Source of the DNA: Polyangiaceae bacterium
Lineage (GTDB): Bacteria > Myxococcota_A > Polyangia > Polyangiales > Polyangiaceae
Direction: 5' to 3'
NCBI GenBank assembly: GCA_044376115.1
Contig: JBILLK010000019.1
Location: 148,740 to 212,739, forward strand
Length of the DNA: 64,000 bases
Under the pieces are notes generated by a model. The model worked only from the letters and a program-made list of their open reading frames with translations. It was not told where the DNA came from and did no database searches. Shown in pieces: positions 43,596 to 53,456 of the stretch (within the stretch, counting starts at the first letter, position 1; each line of letters starts with the position of its first letter). Both the position numbers and the translations under genes were made by a program.

Positions 43596-45850
43596 CGGCC
43601 ATCCCCAGCGAGCGCGAGGTGTTCCCCGATCACTGCAGGCGCGACTGCGCTGGCCGCAGAGAGTTGGCGAGCAACCAGCGCATGGCCCGCGCGCAGCTGC
43701 TCCTCGGTCGACAGCCCGTAACCAACGCGTTGCACGATCTCACTCGTGACTTCGAACTCGAGCTCGCCTTCGATCCGTGAGCTCCGTGCTCGATTCAGCA
43801 AGCCCTCGTCGAGCAGGCGGTTGAGCGCGCGGTCGAAGTCGGCTTCGGTGAGATCCGCTACCAGCTGGGCGATCACGCCGCGCCACGCTACACGTCCAAC
43901 GATGCAAGCCGCACGCAAGACACGGCGGGCATCCGGCTCCAAGGCCGCCACGCGATCCCACACGCGGTCGGATAGCGAGCCGACGCCGCGAGCACGGCTC
44001 TCTTGGGCCTCGCGACAAAGCTCTTGCAGATGGGCCGCGTTTCCTCCGGCGAGCACCGAGATCTCTGCGGCGTTGCCAACCATTGTGCTCGGAAGCAAGG
44101 ACTCGGCGAGCCGTTCGGAGGCACGCTGATCGAGCGGCGTAAGTTGGATTCGGAGCAACGTTGGCTCCCTCGTTGCGCCGGTGGCCAGGCTTTCTTGCAC
44201 GGCGCAGTCCTCGCGGCTGGCGTAGAGAAGAACCAACGCGCTGCCGGGTCGAAGCGGTGGTTCCTCCTGCTTGGGGAGCAGCCGAAAGACGGCTTCCTCC
44301 TGGTTCGCCGCACGTTGTGCGAGGTTCCGAGCGCGCGCGAGATAGCGAAGCGAAGTCGGGTCCGCTGCGTGGGCGTCGTCGAGCACGACCAAGGTCGGGC
44401 CTTCCTCCAGCCATGCCTCGCACAGATCGAGCCAGGCGAGCTGGAGTTGGTCGGCGAGCACGCGGGGATCCCGAGCGCCGACTTTGGCTTGCTCCTCAAT
44501 CGAGCCGAGCAGCTGAGCTCGGGCGCGCGTGGTCGCGGGCGAACAGCCTCGCGATAGATCCGCGCGCGCCAACGCTCGCAGCGCCGAAAGCGGCGTTCCT
44601 TGTTCTGCGTCGCTCGCCGACGCCGCGACGACCTTGAGCTCTGCGCCAAGTTCTTTGCACCAGGCAGGGGCGCCGGTCGCGAGCGCGGAGGCCAGATGCG
44701 ACTTGCCGATCCCACTCTCGCCGACGATCGAGATCGCCGCGACCTGCTCCGCTTCGAACGTGGCCTCGAGCACGCCACGAAGCTGATAAAATTCTCGCGC
44801 ACGACCCAGCGGCCGGGTGGCGCTCGTGCGCGATAGCGGCGCGCGCTCCAGCTTGGGCCTTCGATGGAAAGTCCGCTCGAGATGAGAGACGACACTCTCG
44901 ACGTGACCGCGGGAGAGCAGGTCTGAAAGCTCTGCTACGACGGCCTGCATATCGCGTGGCCGCTCGTTGCGATCTTTGGCGAGCATACGTCGCACGAGCG
45001 AGTCGATCGGGCCTGAAATCGCCGGGCGGAGCGCGGCCAGCGACGGCGGAGGTTCGGCTCCCACTGCCACCAATACAGCCCCCAAATGCGCGCCGACGAA
45101 CGGCGGTCGGCCGGTGAGCATCTCGAACATCGTCGCGCCGAGGCCGTACACGTCGCTGCGAGGTTCGTGCTCGCCCCGCAGCTGTTCCGGCGCCATGTAG
45201 TGCGGGCTCCCAAGGAGCGCGCCGGTTGCGGTGAGGCCGGCCTTGAGCGACTGACCGGCGTCACGTTTGGCGATGCCAAAGTCGATCAAGCGCACGTCGT
45301 CGAGCGCTTGCCCCACCAAAAATACGTTGCTTGGCTTGAGGTCGCGATGGAGCAGACCGGCCGCATGCGTCGCGGCCAGCGCCAGCGCAAGCTCGAGCGA
45401 CAACTCGAGCGCCGCTTTCGGATCGAGCGGGCCCTCGGCGAGCTGCCGCCCGAGGTCGCGTCCCTCGAGCCACTCCATCACCAGGTAGGCGATCTCGTCC
45501 GTCTCACCATGCGCGAGATAGCGCACCACGCGCGGGTGCACGATCTGTCGTAGGGCGTCCGCCTCCTGCTCGAAGCGAGCTCGGGCCAGTGGCGCCGAGC
45601 GCGCAAGCACCTTGACCGCGACCGGCGAACCGTCGCTCGCTCGGGCTCGAAAGACGACGCCCATCCCGCCCGCCCCAACCCGCTGCTCCAAGCGATAGTC
45701 TCCGCAACGGGGCGCGATCAAGTCGTCGGCGAGCACCTTGGCTTTGACGATCGCGAGTTGCAAACGTCGGCCGAGCTCAGAAGTCGGGCTGGCTGGTCGC
45801 GCGCGATCAAAGAGCGATTCCAGGCTGGCGCCTTCGCTTGCGTGACCCAT
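43268..45850 (-). pseudogene. Ser/Thr kinase - AAA/STAND-type ATPase, apparently C-terminally truncated near 43590
   Basis: GAGGMG, VAVK, HRDLKPSN, DFG, YMAPE; GESGIGKS, LDDAH, GGN; after HLALAGDGRAA the frame turns into an S/R-rich off-frame-like tail. Confidence 0.7.
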
Positions 45851-45949
45851 GCGCAATGTTCGCACGAATCCGCCTACGCGCGGCACCACCGAGCTGTACG
45901 AGCGGCGGGGGCAGGGAGGCATTATTCACAGTCCTGTCCCTATGTGACG

Positions 45950-46942
45950 ATGCGGCTGGCTCGGTTCAGTCGGTCGGGTCTTTTTCTTCGTGCTCGCGGG
46001 GAGATGCTCGGCGCTGGTGCAGCATCGGTTGAAGGCCAGCGTGCTACCGTCGCGACCTTCATGTTTCCACTTCGCTTCGACTTCGGCCGAAAAGGCGCGA
46101 GCATCGCGGTGCGAGTGATCGTGGGTCGTCGTTTTGGAGCCTACGCTCTCGAGCTCGACGGCCTCCGCTTCGACAACCGCTTCATTCCGGCGGTTAGTGG
46201 GGCCAAGCGAGATTGGCGGCTGCTCGTGTTTCCAACGAGCGACTCGCTGCGCGTACGCAACTCGATCGTGCCACCGGGCTGCCTTCTGCTGTTGCCCCAA
46301 TCCCTCCTCTCGGCCGCCGACCCGGCCAGCTGGGTCACCTCTCAAGGGCCGCAGCTGTCGTGCGCTGCCGTGCGTATTGAGCCCGGTAACTTGGTCAACG
46401 CTTCGAGCAACGAGGTCCAGGTTGTCGCGGTCTCGGCGGCCACCGTCCAAGCCTTTCGCGAACTCTGGGAACCAACGTGCGCCGGCGACAGCGCGCGCGC
46501 CTTGCGCTGTGGAGCGTTGCTCTTCGACGCGCTCGTTCGCGACGGAGTTGCGCGGACGACGCTGTCCCAAGCCGATGAGCAGGAGGGCCGAACGCTCGCC
46601 GTGCGCAGCATGGAAGCAGCCTTCCCGCTGCTTTCAGCGCTCGCGACCAAACCCATGCTCCTGGATATCGTCGCGCGCGCAGGCGTCGGAGAGCGCCAAT
46701 TCCTGCGCAACATTCAGCAGGTCCAGACTGAGTTCGACCTTCCGGATCGCGGCTGGAGGGAGACCATTGTCCGTTGGCGGGTCACCGCCGCGGTGCTGCT
46801 GCTCTCATCGGACGAACTCTCGCTGACCGAGGTCGCACACCTGGCTGGGTACGCCGGAAACAAGACGATGGGCCGTGCGCTCTCCGAGGCGGGGCTGCCG
46901 CAAGGGAGCGTGCTCCGAAAGCAGCTTCGAGACGCGCGCTAG
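45950..46942 (+). CDS. AraC-family transcriptional regulator
   Basis: C-terminal GVGERQFLR and LSLTEVAHLAGY HTH pair; start uncertain (45950/46004/46061). Confidence 0.7.
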   Translation: MRLARFSRSGLFLRARGEMLGAGAASVEGQRATVATFMFPLRFDFGRKGASIAVRVIVGRRFGAYALELDGLRFDNRFIPAVSGAKRDWRLLVFPTSDSLRVRNSIVPPGCLLLLPQSLLSAADPASWVTSQGPQLSCAAVRIEPGNLVNASSNEVQVVAVSAATVQAFRELWEPTCAGDSARALRCGALLFDALVRDGVARTTLSQADEQEGRTLAVRSMEAAFPLLSALATKPMLLDIVARAGVGERQFLRNIQQVQTEFDLPDRGWRETIVRWRVTAAVLLLSSDELSLTEVAHLAGYAGNKTMGRALSEAGLPQGSVLRKQLRDAR

Positions 46943-47048
46943 CGAGGCGCGGGGCCTCCGACTGGTCACTGGCTTACGTGCCTGGGCTAGGCCGTAGAAT
47001 CGGACATGGAGGAAGTGTCGACGTTGCCGCGGGGTATGCCGGCCCAAC

Positions 47049-47582
47049 ATGAAAGCCTCTTACGGTCTCTCGATTGCTGCAACGGCCCTCCTGTCCTCAT
47101 CGCTCGCCGGCTGTTCCGTTTTCAAGAGCGTCTTCACGCCGGAACAGGCGCGCCTCGAGGCGGAGCTGGAGGAGCAGCAGGCCGAAGTCGCCAAAACGCC
47201 GGACGGGGAGTGCGGACGAGCAGAGACCTGCAAGCGCTATTGCGAGATCTCCGAGCGCCCTCTCGATTGCTTCAAGACCGGCAAAGCCGCCATGCACGGC
47301 GTGGATGTGCACTACGCCGGTGGCTACAGGGTTGAAGCGGCCGCCGGCTCCACCGACGATGTGAACGTGCGCTACGAAGAGGAGAGCAACGAGCACCAAT
47401 CGCTCTTGCCCCTCGCGATCAGCTCCTTCGAGAGCGCCTGCAAAGGCAACCACGCCGAATCCTGCCGACGCTCCGGCGAGCTCGCCGAAAAGAGCCGGCC
47501 CGCCGAAGCGCGCACCTTCTACGAGAAGGCGTGCGCGTTGAAGGACCAGCCAGCGTGCGACCAGCTGACCAAGTCGAAGTAG
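47049..47582 (+). CDS. Lipoprotein with Cys-containing Sel1-like repeats
   Basis: Lipobox LAGC; FESACKGNHAESC and YEKACALKDQPAC. Confidence 0.75.
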   Translation: MKASYGLSIAATALLSSSLAGCSVFKSVFTPEQARLEAELEEQQAEVAKTPDGECGRAETCKRYCEISERPLDCFKTGKAAMHGVDVHYAGGYRVEAAAGSTDDVNVRYEEESNEHQSLLPLAISSFESACKGNHAESCRRSGELAEKSRPAEARTFYEKACALKDQPACDQLTKSK

Positions 47583-47607
47583 GTGCGCGCAGGCCGGCGC
47601 CGCTCCT

Positions 47608-48243
47608 TCATTGGGGGCCGAGACCGCCCGGCGCCACGGCCTCCACCTCTCCCACCCACTTTTCGGCGGCGGCGAAGGGCCCTTGCGATTTGCCACCGCA
47701 GTTCGACGAACTCGACTCGAGCACTAGCTTGCTACCGGCGAGCAGCTTGACCGAGCGACCGGTGCCACCGCTGCAACCATCGCTCGCCGCCGAGCCGCTC
47801 TTGACCTTCAGCTTGAGCAGCCCGTCCACCAGACGGTTGAAATCGGCCGCCTGAAAGCGCGCCTTGGCCTCACTCACGATCGTGCCGTAGCTGTCGACGA
47901 CCTTGACGATGGAGCTCGGCGTCACCGTGATGGTGTAGCTGCGGTGGTACGGGGGCGGGACCGAAGCGTCCTGGAAGCGAAGGACCAACTGGTCGATCCC
48001 GTCGGCCCTGGGAGGGACGGCCGCGACGCTGCTTGCGCTGGCGGTCGCGCTCGGCGCGCTCGATTCGATCGGCCCTGCGGCTGCGGCTGAGGCCGAGGGG
48101 AGGGCCGTTGGTAGCGTCACCGCCTGCGTCTCCGTTGGCGTTGCCTGCGGCCCCTTGGGAGCGCCGTCCTCGGACTGGTTGGCCGCGCTCGCGGAGCAAG
48201 CGCAAAGTAGGGCGAACAACGGCGCAAATCGCTTCGGAACCAT
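47608..48243 (-). CDS. Hypothetical lipoprotein
   Basis: Signal peptide with LCAC, Ser/Ala/Pro linker, globular C-terminal domain with a Cys pair. Confidence 0.7.
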   Translation of the reverse strand: MVPKRFAPLFALLCACSASAANQSEDGAPKGPQATPTETQAVTLPTALPSASAAAAGPIESSAPSATASASSVAAVPPRADGIDQLVLRFQDASVPPPYHRSYTITVTPSSIVKVVDSYGTIVSEAKARFQAADFNRLVDGLLKLKVKSGSAASDGCSGGTGRSVKLLAGSKLVLESSSSNCGGKSQGPFAAAEKWVGEVEAVAPGGLGPQ

Positions 48244-48349
48244 GGGGCGGGCTTGTACCACCGATGCACGGTGTTTGGCCTAGAGATCGGGTCCTTAGAG
48301 CGAGGTAGCGCGCTAGTTCGTCCGCGCGGGTACGGCTATCCTCCGCGAC

Positions 48350-50029
48350 GTGGTGACGAGGACACAGAGCAAGCCGATCCTTCTCGGACGCTACCAACTG
48401 GGAGCTGAGTTTGCTTCGGGAGGGATGGCGTCGATCTTTATGGGACGACGCGCGGATGCTGACGACGACCGACTCGTAGCGATCAAACGACTTCATCCTC
48501 ACTTGGCTCGTGACCCTGGCTTCGTCAGCATGCTCTTGGACGAGGCGAAGATCGGCTTGCGCGTGACGCATCCCAACGTGGTTTCGATCATCGATGTGAT
48601 CCGAGAGGCCGACCAGGTCGCTCTTGTCATGGACTACGTCCATGGGGAGTCCTTGCATGCGCTCGCCGTGCGGCACGCGGCGCCGCTCGCGCCCGACCTC
48701 GCCTGCGGGATCGCTGTTCAAGTGCTAGGCGGGCTCGAGGCTGTTCACGCGCTTCACGGCCCAGACGGGACGCATCTGCAGGTCGTGCATCGAGACCTTT
48801 CGCCGCACAACATCCTGGTTGATACGGAGGGGTTGGCCCGCGTGACAGACTTTGGCATCGCCAAGTCGATGGCCAATAGCCATGTGACGGCCGCCGGCCA
48901 CATGAAAGGCAAGCTCGCTTACATGGCCCCCGAGCAGATCTTGGCCAAGGGTGATCAGCGTATCGATCTGTTCGCCATGGCCATCGTGCTCTGGGAGTTG
49001 GTGACGGGCAAAAGGCTGTTTTCTGGTGCTGACCAAGCGGAGTTGATCTTCCGGATCGTGGGCGGTGGCCCCTGCGAAGACCCGCGCTTACAAGTCCCAT
49101 CGATCCCACCCGAGCTGGCCCGGATCATCTTGCGTGGATTGGAGAAGTCTCCCTCCTCGCGTTACCAATCGGCGCGCGAAATGCGTGAGGAGATCGAGCA
49201 GGGTTGCACCACTGCGGCACCCCCGGCGATTCGTAGATGGGTGAGGTCGCTTGCGAGCGATGACATGCTCTGGCGTGAGCAGCGCGCACAGGCGCTATCC
49301 AACAGCGTCGAGGAGGAGCCGGCGACCGTCGCCGACTTGACGCGTCCGAACGCCGCTCCGCCGATGCGGACCGCGCCCTACGCAACGCCAGCGCTGCCCT
49401 TCTTCCTCGCGGAGCTAACGCGGCGTGGCGTTGACCTGACCCCGCTGTTGGCTCGCTACGGTGTCAACCCAAAGACCCCCAGCCTCTCGCCGCAGCTGCT
49501 CGAGACGTTCGCCGACGCCTGCGCGCAGTCTGCAAACGACCCGCTGCTGGCGGTCTCGGTAGCTCAAGGTGTCCCGCGCGGTGGTCATGGCTTGGTTGAG
49601 TTCCTTTTGCGCTCGTCGGCCAACGTTGAAGTCGCGATCCTCGAGACCATCCGCTTTGCGCCGGTCGTGAGCCGCATCATCGTTTCGTCGCTCGAGCCAG
49701 GCCCACAGGGTCGCGTCCGCTGGATGTTGACGCCGCGTCCAGGGCTGGGTGGCCGCCACTCGAACGAGTACCTGATCGCTCACTTCTTGCGGCAGATGCG
49801 GGTGAATACCGGCACTCCCGATTGCGTGGAGGCGGTCGGCTTCAAGCATGAGCGGCACGAATTCGTCGCCGAACTGGAGACGATGTTGGGCGTGCCTTGC
49901 CACTTTTCACAGCCCTCTAACTGGCTGGAGTTTTCTGCCGAGAGTCTGACCTTGCCCCACGTCGAGGCCGACCCGGCTTTGTTTGCGATGGTGTGCACCT
50001 CGCTCGAAGTCGCGGCAAAGTCGGTGTGA
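48350..50029 (+). CDS. Cytoplasmic Ser/Thr kinase fused to an AraC-type (OruR/Arabinose_bd_2-like) ligand-binding domain
   Basis: VAIK, HRDLSPHN, DFGIAK, YMAPE; C-terminal GVD...L, DPLL, GLVEFL..SS, V.F.H, F.Q..N.L.F, L.LP...ADPAL; no TM and no HTH. Confidence 0.85.
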   Translation: MVTRTQSKPILLGRYQLGAEFASGGMASIFMGRRADADDDRLVAIKRLHPHLARDPGFVSMLLDEAKIGLRVTHPNVVSIIDVIREADQVALVMDYVHGESLHALAVRHAAPLAPDLACGIAVQVLGGLEAVHALHGPDGTHLQVVHRDLSPHNILVDTEGLARVTDFGIAKSMANSHVTAAGHMKGKLAYMAPEQILAKGDQRIDLFAMAIVLWELVTGKRLFSGADQAELIFRIVGGGPCEDPRLQVPSIPPELARIILRGLEKSPSSRYQSAREMREEIEQGCTTAAPPAIRRWVRSLASDDMLWREQRAQALSNSVEEEPATVADLTRPNAAPPMRTAPYATPALPFFLAELTRRGVDLTPLLARYGVNPKTPSLSPQLLETFADACAQSANDPLLAVSVAQGVPRGGHGLVEFLLRSSANVEVAILETIRFAPVVSRIIVSSLEPGPQGRVRWMLTPRPGLGGRHSNEYLIAHFLRQMRVNTGTPDCVEAVGFKHERHEFVAELETMLGVPCHFSQPSNWLEFSAESLTLPHVEADPALFAMVCTSLEVAAKSV

Positions 50030-50053
50030 CGTTCAAGCGCTGAGGTTGCTCGG

Positions 50054-51268
50054 CTATGGCGCGTCTTTGCAGCAGATGCGTCGCTTCCCGGCGGTAACCA
50101 CCGAGCCGCTGGCCTCACTCTGACCGCAGACCTCCCCGCTGGAGGTCGCCAGTACCGGGAGCACCGACGCGAGCAGCGGCGGTTCGTTGACGAAGGGCGT
50201 GAGGTTGATGCAGTTGTTGCTGACGGCGTCCCCAACCTCCATCCCAGCCGGACAGTCCGCTGCGACGAAGAGCTTGTAGCTCCCGCCGTCGCAGCCGACG
50301 TCGGAGGTGTCACACGAGCACGCCGAACAGGCGCGCTGGTCAACGCCGCTCTCGAACAGGTCGCGCTCGAGATCGGTGAAGCCGGCAGGGCAAATCGCGT
50401 TGCCCTCGCGGCTGATGCAGACCTTGTCCTCATACGGCGGAAGGACCTTCGCCGCGCAGGCTTGGCCAAGCTCGCAGCCGGTGCCGGAGCCCACGCACAC
50501 GTGCACTTCTTCCGCCCAAAGCAGCGGCTGTTCGAGCTCACCGCCTGCGACGTTGCACGACAAAAGCTCCGGCGTGAGCAGCTCGGCGCCGCGGGTCAAC
50601 TTGCAGCCAGTCCAGCCGCCGGGCGGCTGTGAAGCGGCGATCGGCTTGCAAAGCGCGTCCTCGTCTTGCTGCTCGAAGAAGGTGCCGTTCGGGCTGATGC
50701 AACTCGAGCTGTTGAAGCAGCTGAGCTCCGGTGCACCACATTGCGCGTTCGCGAGCTGGCAGCTGCAAGCGCTACAAACAGTCGGCGATGGCTGCGCGAA
50801 ATAAACGGTTGGCGCCGACCCATCTGCGCAGGTCTCCGGCGTAAGGCCGGGTGCATACGGCAGCACGCGCACTCGCCACGGACCCGACCAACCGCTCACC
50901 GGTCCATCGACGCACTCGAACTCGGCTTCACAATCGGGGTCCTCACAGTCCACGGCGCCGTCGGCGTCGGTGTCGACGCCGTCCAAACAGGCTTCGTCCG
51001 GCGGCCCACTGCCACCCGTTCCGGCGAGCCCACCTATCCCGCCAAGACCGCCCCCACCCGAGGCGCCAGCGCCGCCCATTCCGGGGAGCCCACCGCCACC
51101 GCCCGCGGCTCCCGCGCCGCCTGCAGCGCCCGCAGCTCCCGTTCCTCCCGCTCCGCCCGCAGCTCCCGCAGCTACCGCGCCACCTGCTCCTGCGCCACCG
51201 CCGCCCGAAGGCTTCGTCGTCTCACAGGCCGCGAGCAAGAGCGCCAACAACCAACTGCGTGCGCTCAT
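50054..51268 (-). CDS. Cys-rich lipoprotein with Gly/Ala linker (paralog 2)
   Basis: Lipobox LAAC, CLDGVDTDADGAVDCEDPDC, D.R.C..C.CD, terminal ICC; ATGA overlap. Confidence 0.85.
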   Translation of the reverse strand: MSARSWLLALLLAACETTKPSGGGGAGAGGAVAAGAAGGAGGTGAAGAAGGAGAAGGGGGLPGMGGAGASGGGGLGGIGGLAGTGGSGPPDEACLDGVDTDADGAVDCEDPDCEAEFECVDGPVSGWSGPWRVRVLPYAPGLTPETCADGSAPTVYFAQPSPTVCSACSCQLANAQCGAPELSCFNSSSCISPNGTFFEQQDEDALCKPIAASQPPGGWTGCKLTRGAELLTPELLSCNVAGGELEQPLLWAEEVHVCVGSGTGCELGQACAAKVLPPYEDKVCISREGNAICPAGFTDLERDLFESGVDQRACSACSCDTSDVGCDGGSYKLFVAADCPAGMEVGDAVSNNCINLTPFVNEPPLLASVLPVLATSSGEVCGQSEASGSVVTAGKRRICCKDAP

Positions 51269-52443
51269 GGTCCGACGCTCCGGCAACATACCTTTTCACT
51301 CTCCCCGACGATCACTTCTCCGCTCGCGACCACGCTTCCACATTGCTCGCCGACCGGCGTCGCCGGCGTGGCCTTGCTCGAGATAATGCCGTTGGCTTGC
51401 TGCGCGAAACCGCCAGCCTGCGTGCAAGCGGTGCTGTCGATCGTTAACTCGTTGCCGTTGCCGGGCGGAGGTAAGCAGCCCGAACCTTTGCTCACCGTGT
51501 GCTTTCCACCTTGGCAGCCAACCGCGCTGAGATCACAGGCGCAGCCCTCACACGTGCGCGTATCGGTGCCGCTGCCATAGATCGTCACGTCGCGATCGAA
51601 CCAGCCCGGTGGACAGGACACGTCGCCGACCTGTCGGATGCAGACCTCCTGCTCGAACTCTTGCGCCGGTCTCTTCACGCAGCGTTGTTGGTCGCCGCAA
51701 CCAGCGCCGACCTCCACTTCGCACAGTTGCACCGAGTCGCTAAATGGCTCAGCCTTCGCCTTCTCGCCCCCTTCGGCAACGCACGTGCCCACGTTCGTCA
51801 GCATCGCGGGGTTGCCCAAACGAAAGCGAATCGACGAGGGCGTCCCGACGTTGTGATCCACACAAGCGAAGTTCGACCCCTCGGGCATCAAGGTGGTAGG
51901 CCAGGTCGGGCTGCAGGACATTTGCGCCCAGTCGAGCTCTGGCGCAGAGCAACTCGCGCCGCTCCAGGTGCAGTTGCACGGCGTGCATTCGCTGAGCGAA
52001 GGCCCGGCGAAGAACTGTTGCGCGGCGAGCCCGTCTGCGCAGAATAGCGCTGGGTTTCCCGCCGCGTCGTAGTCCGCAACCGCGACCGTGTGCAGCTCGC
52101 CCCAGTCGCTCGGCGGCGCGAGCACGCACAGATGATCGGGTTGGCAGTCGCTGTCCGCGCAGTCCGCTTCACCATCTGCGTCGTCGTCGAGCCCGTCGAG
52201 ACAGTCGAGCTCGCTCGCCGCTCCACCTTGGCCTCCGTTCGCTCCACTGCCGGCCTCTCCGCCGGCTGCACCCTGGCCGCCGGCTGCACCCTGGCCTGCA
52301 CCCGCCTGACCGCCGGCCGCCGCTTGGCCGCCACCACATTGATCGCGGAAGCAATAAGCGTCCACGTCGAAGCAACCCGCGAGCAGCAGCAGCGGCAGCA
52401 GCCCGATTGTGAGGCCCGCGCTGCAACGCAACCGCACGCTCAT
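51265..52443 (-). CDS. Cys-rich lipoprotein with Gly/Ala linker (paralog 1)
   Basis: Lipobox LAGC, CLDGLDDDADGEADCADSDC, VCI...G...CP.G, terminal VCC; ATGA overlap. Confidence 0.85.
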   Translation of the reverse strand: MSVRLRCSAGLTIGLLPLLLLAGCFDVDAYCFRDQCGGGQAAAGGQAGAGQGAAGGQGAAGGEAGSGANGGQGGAASELDCLDGLDDDADGEADCADSDCQPDHLCVLAPPSDWGELHTVAVADYDAAGNPALFCADGLAAQQFFAGPSLSECTPCNCTWSGASCSAPELDWAQMSCSPTWPTTLMPEGSNFACVDHNVGTPSSIRFRLGNPAMLTNVGTCVAEGGEKAKAEPFSDSVQLCEVEVGAGCGDQQRCVKRPAQEFEQEVCIRQVGDVSCPPGWFDRDVTIYGSGTDTRTCEGCACDLSAVGCQGGKHTVSKGSGCLPPPGNGNELTIDSTACTQAGGFAQQANGIISSKATPATPVGEQCGSVVASGEVIVGESEKVCCRSVGP

Positions 52444-53456
52444 TGAAACCTCCCGCCCACGAGCAGGCCCGCTGTTTGCGGCGTCACCCAGGGCAAAAGC
52501 GCAGCCTTTGCCGGCCCTTCCTCGGTGAGCCCCAAGCCGATGCCCACCGCGCTGGCGATCAGCGCCGCAGCGCCCGCCGCACCGAAGCCGATGGCCAGCC
52601 CGATGCCGCGATCACGGCGCGCGAGCTCTTCTTCTGGCCGCTCGGCGTCGCACGGCAAGCGACCATCGGGCAGAGGCTCATTCGAGCAGTTCGCCGCCAC
52701 ATAGGCGTTGAGGTTGCTCACCGCGATCTGTTCATCGACCACGAAGCCAATGCTGACGCCGCTGAGCGCGAGCCCCGTCGCGCCAACGACCCACGCCCAC
52801 GTCGGCACCTCGGGCTCTTGGCGAGACGCAGCCTGCTCTGAGGGCGGCGCGGCAGGCAGCGGCTCGAGCACGAAGCGAAGCTCTGCTCGCTGCGCCACGC
52901 TCAACGTGACGCGCTGCTTGTTGGGCGCATAGCCCTTTGCACGCAGCTCGAACTCGATCGCGCCGGCATCGGAGGGCAACGCCTGCCCGAGGATGCCCAC
53001 CGGCACCGGCTTGCCGTTGCGCAAAAGCTCGAGCGACGCGGGGCGCTCTTTCCCCTCGAGCACCAGCGTGAGCCAGCTTCGCTTGGCCTCCGTCCGCTCG
53101 ATTCCGGCGCGTGAACTCTCACGCAACCGCGCTCGCTTGAGCTCATCGGGCTCGCGCTGGCTCATGCTGCTGGCCGCGTCAAACGCGCTCCACGCCGAGG
53201 CGAAACGCGCGAGCTGCTCGTAACACTCACCGGCTTGAACATGCGCGCTCGCCGATGGGTAAAGGTCTTGAACCACGAAGAACTTCTCGCACGCAGCTTT
53301 GCTTTCGCCTGCGTCTTTGAGCGCCCACGCCTCCGCCCAAAGCTGAGCCGCGCCGGCGCGCGTCTCAGCGTCTTGGGCCTGCGCCGAGAATGGCAGCAGC
53401 AGTACGGCGCTACAGATCGCGAAGCGGATCACGGACGCTGGGTTGTTCTTTCGCAT
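52440..53456 (-). CDS. Secreted TPR + PEGA-like protein
   Basis: Signal ending AQA-QD, ACEKF...CYEQL...ASAW, RNG.PV, Gly-rich hydrophobic hairpin, ends GLLVGGRFQ. Confidence 0.85.
   Translation of the reverse strand: MRKNNPASVIRFAICSAVLLLPFSAQAQDAETRAGAAQLWAEAWALKDAGESKAACEKFFVVQDLYPSASAHVQAGECYEQLARFASAWSAFDAASSMSQREPDELKRARLRESSRAGIERTEAKRSWLTLVLEGKERPASLELLRNGKPVPVGILGQALPSDAGAIEFELRAKGYAPNKQRVTLSVAQRAELRFVLEPLPAAPPSEQAASRQEPEVPTWAWVVGATGLALSGVSIGFVVDEQIAVSNLNAYVAANCSNEPLPDGRLPCDAERPEEELARRDRGIGLAIGFGAAGAAALIASAVGIGLGLTEEGPAKAALLPWVTPQTAGLLVGGRFQ

Noticed and set aside
50970..51386. Pro-rich ORF on the plus strand
   Set aside because: It is the antisense reading of the Gly/Ala linker of the 50054-51268 lipoprotein.
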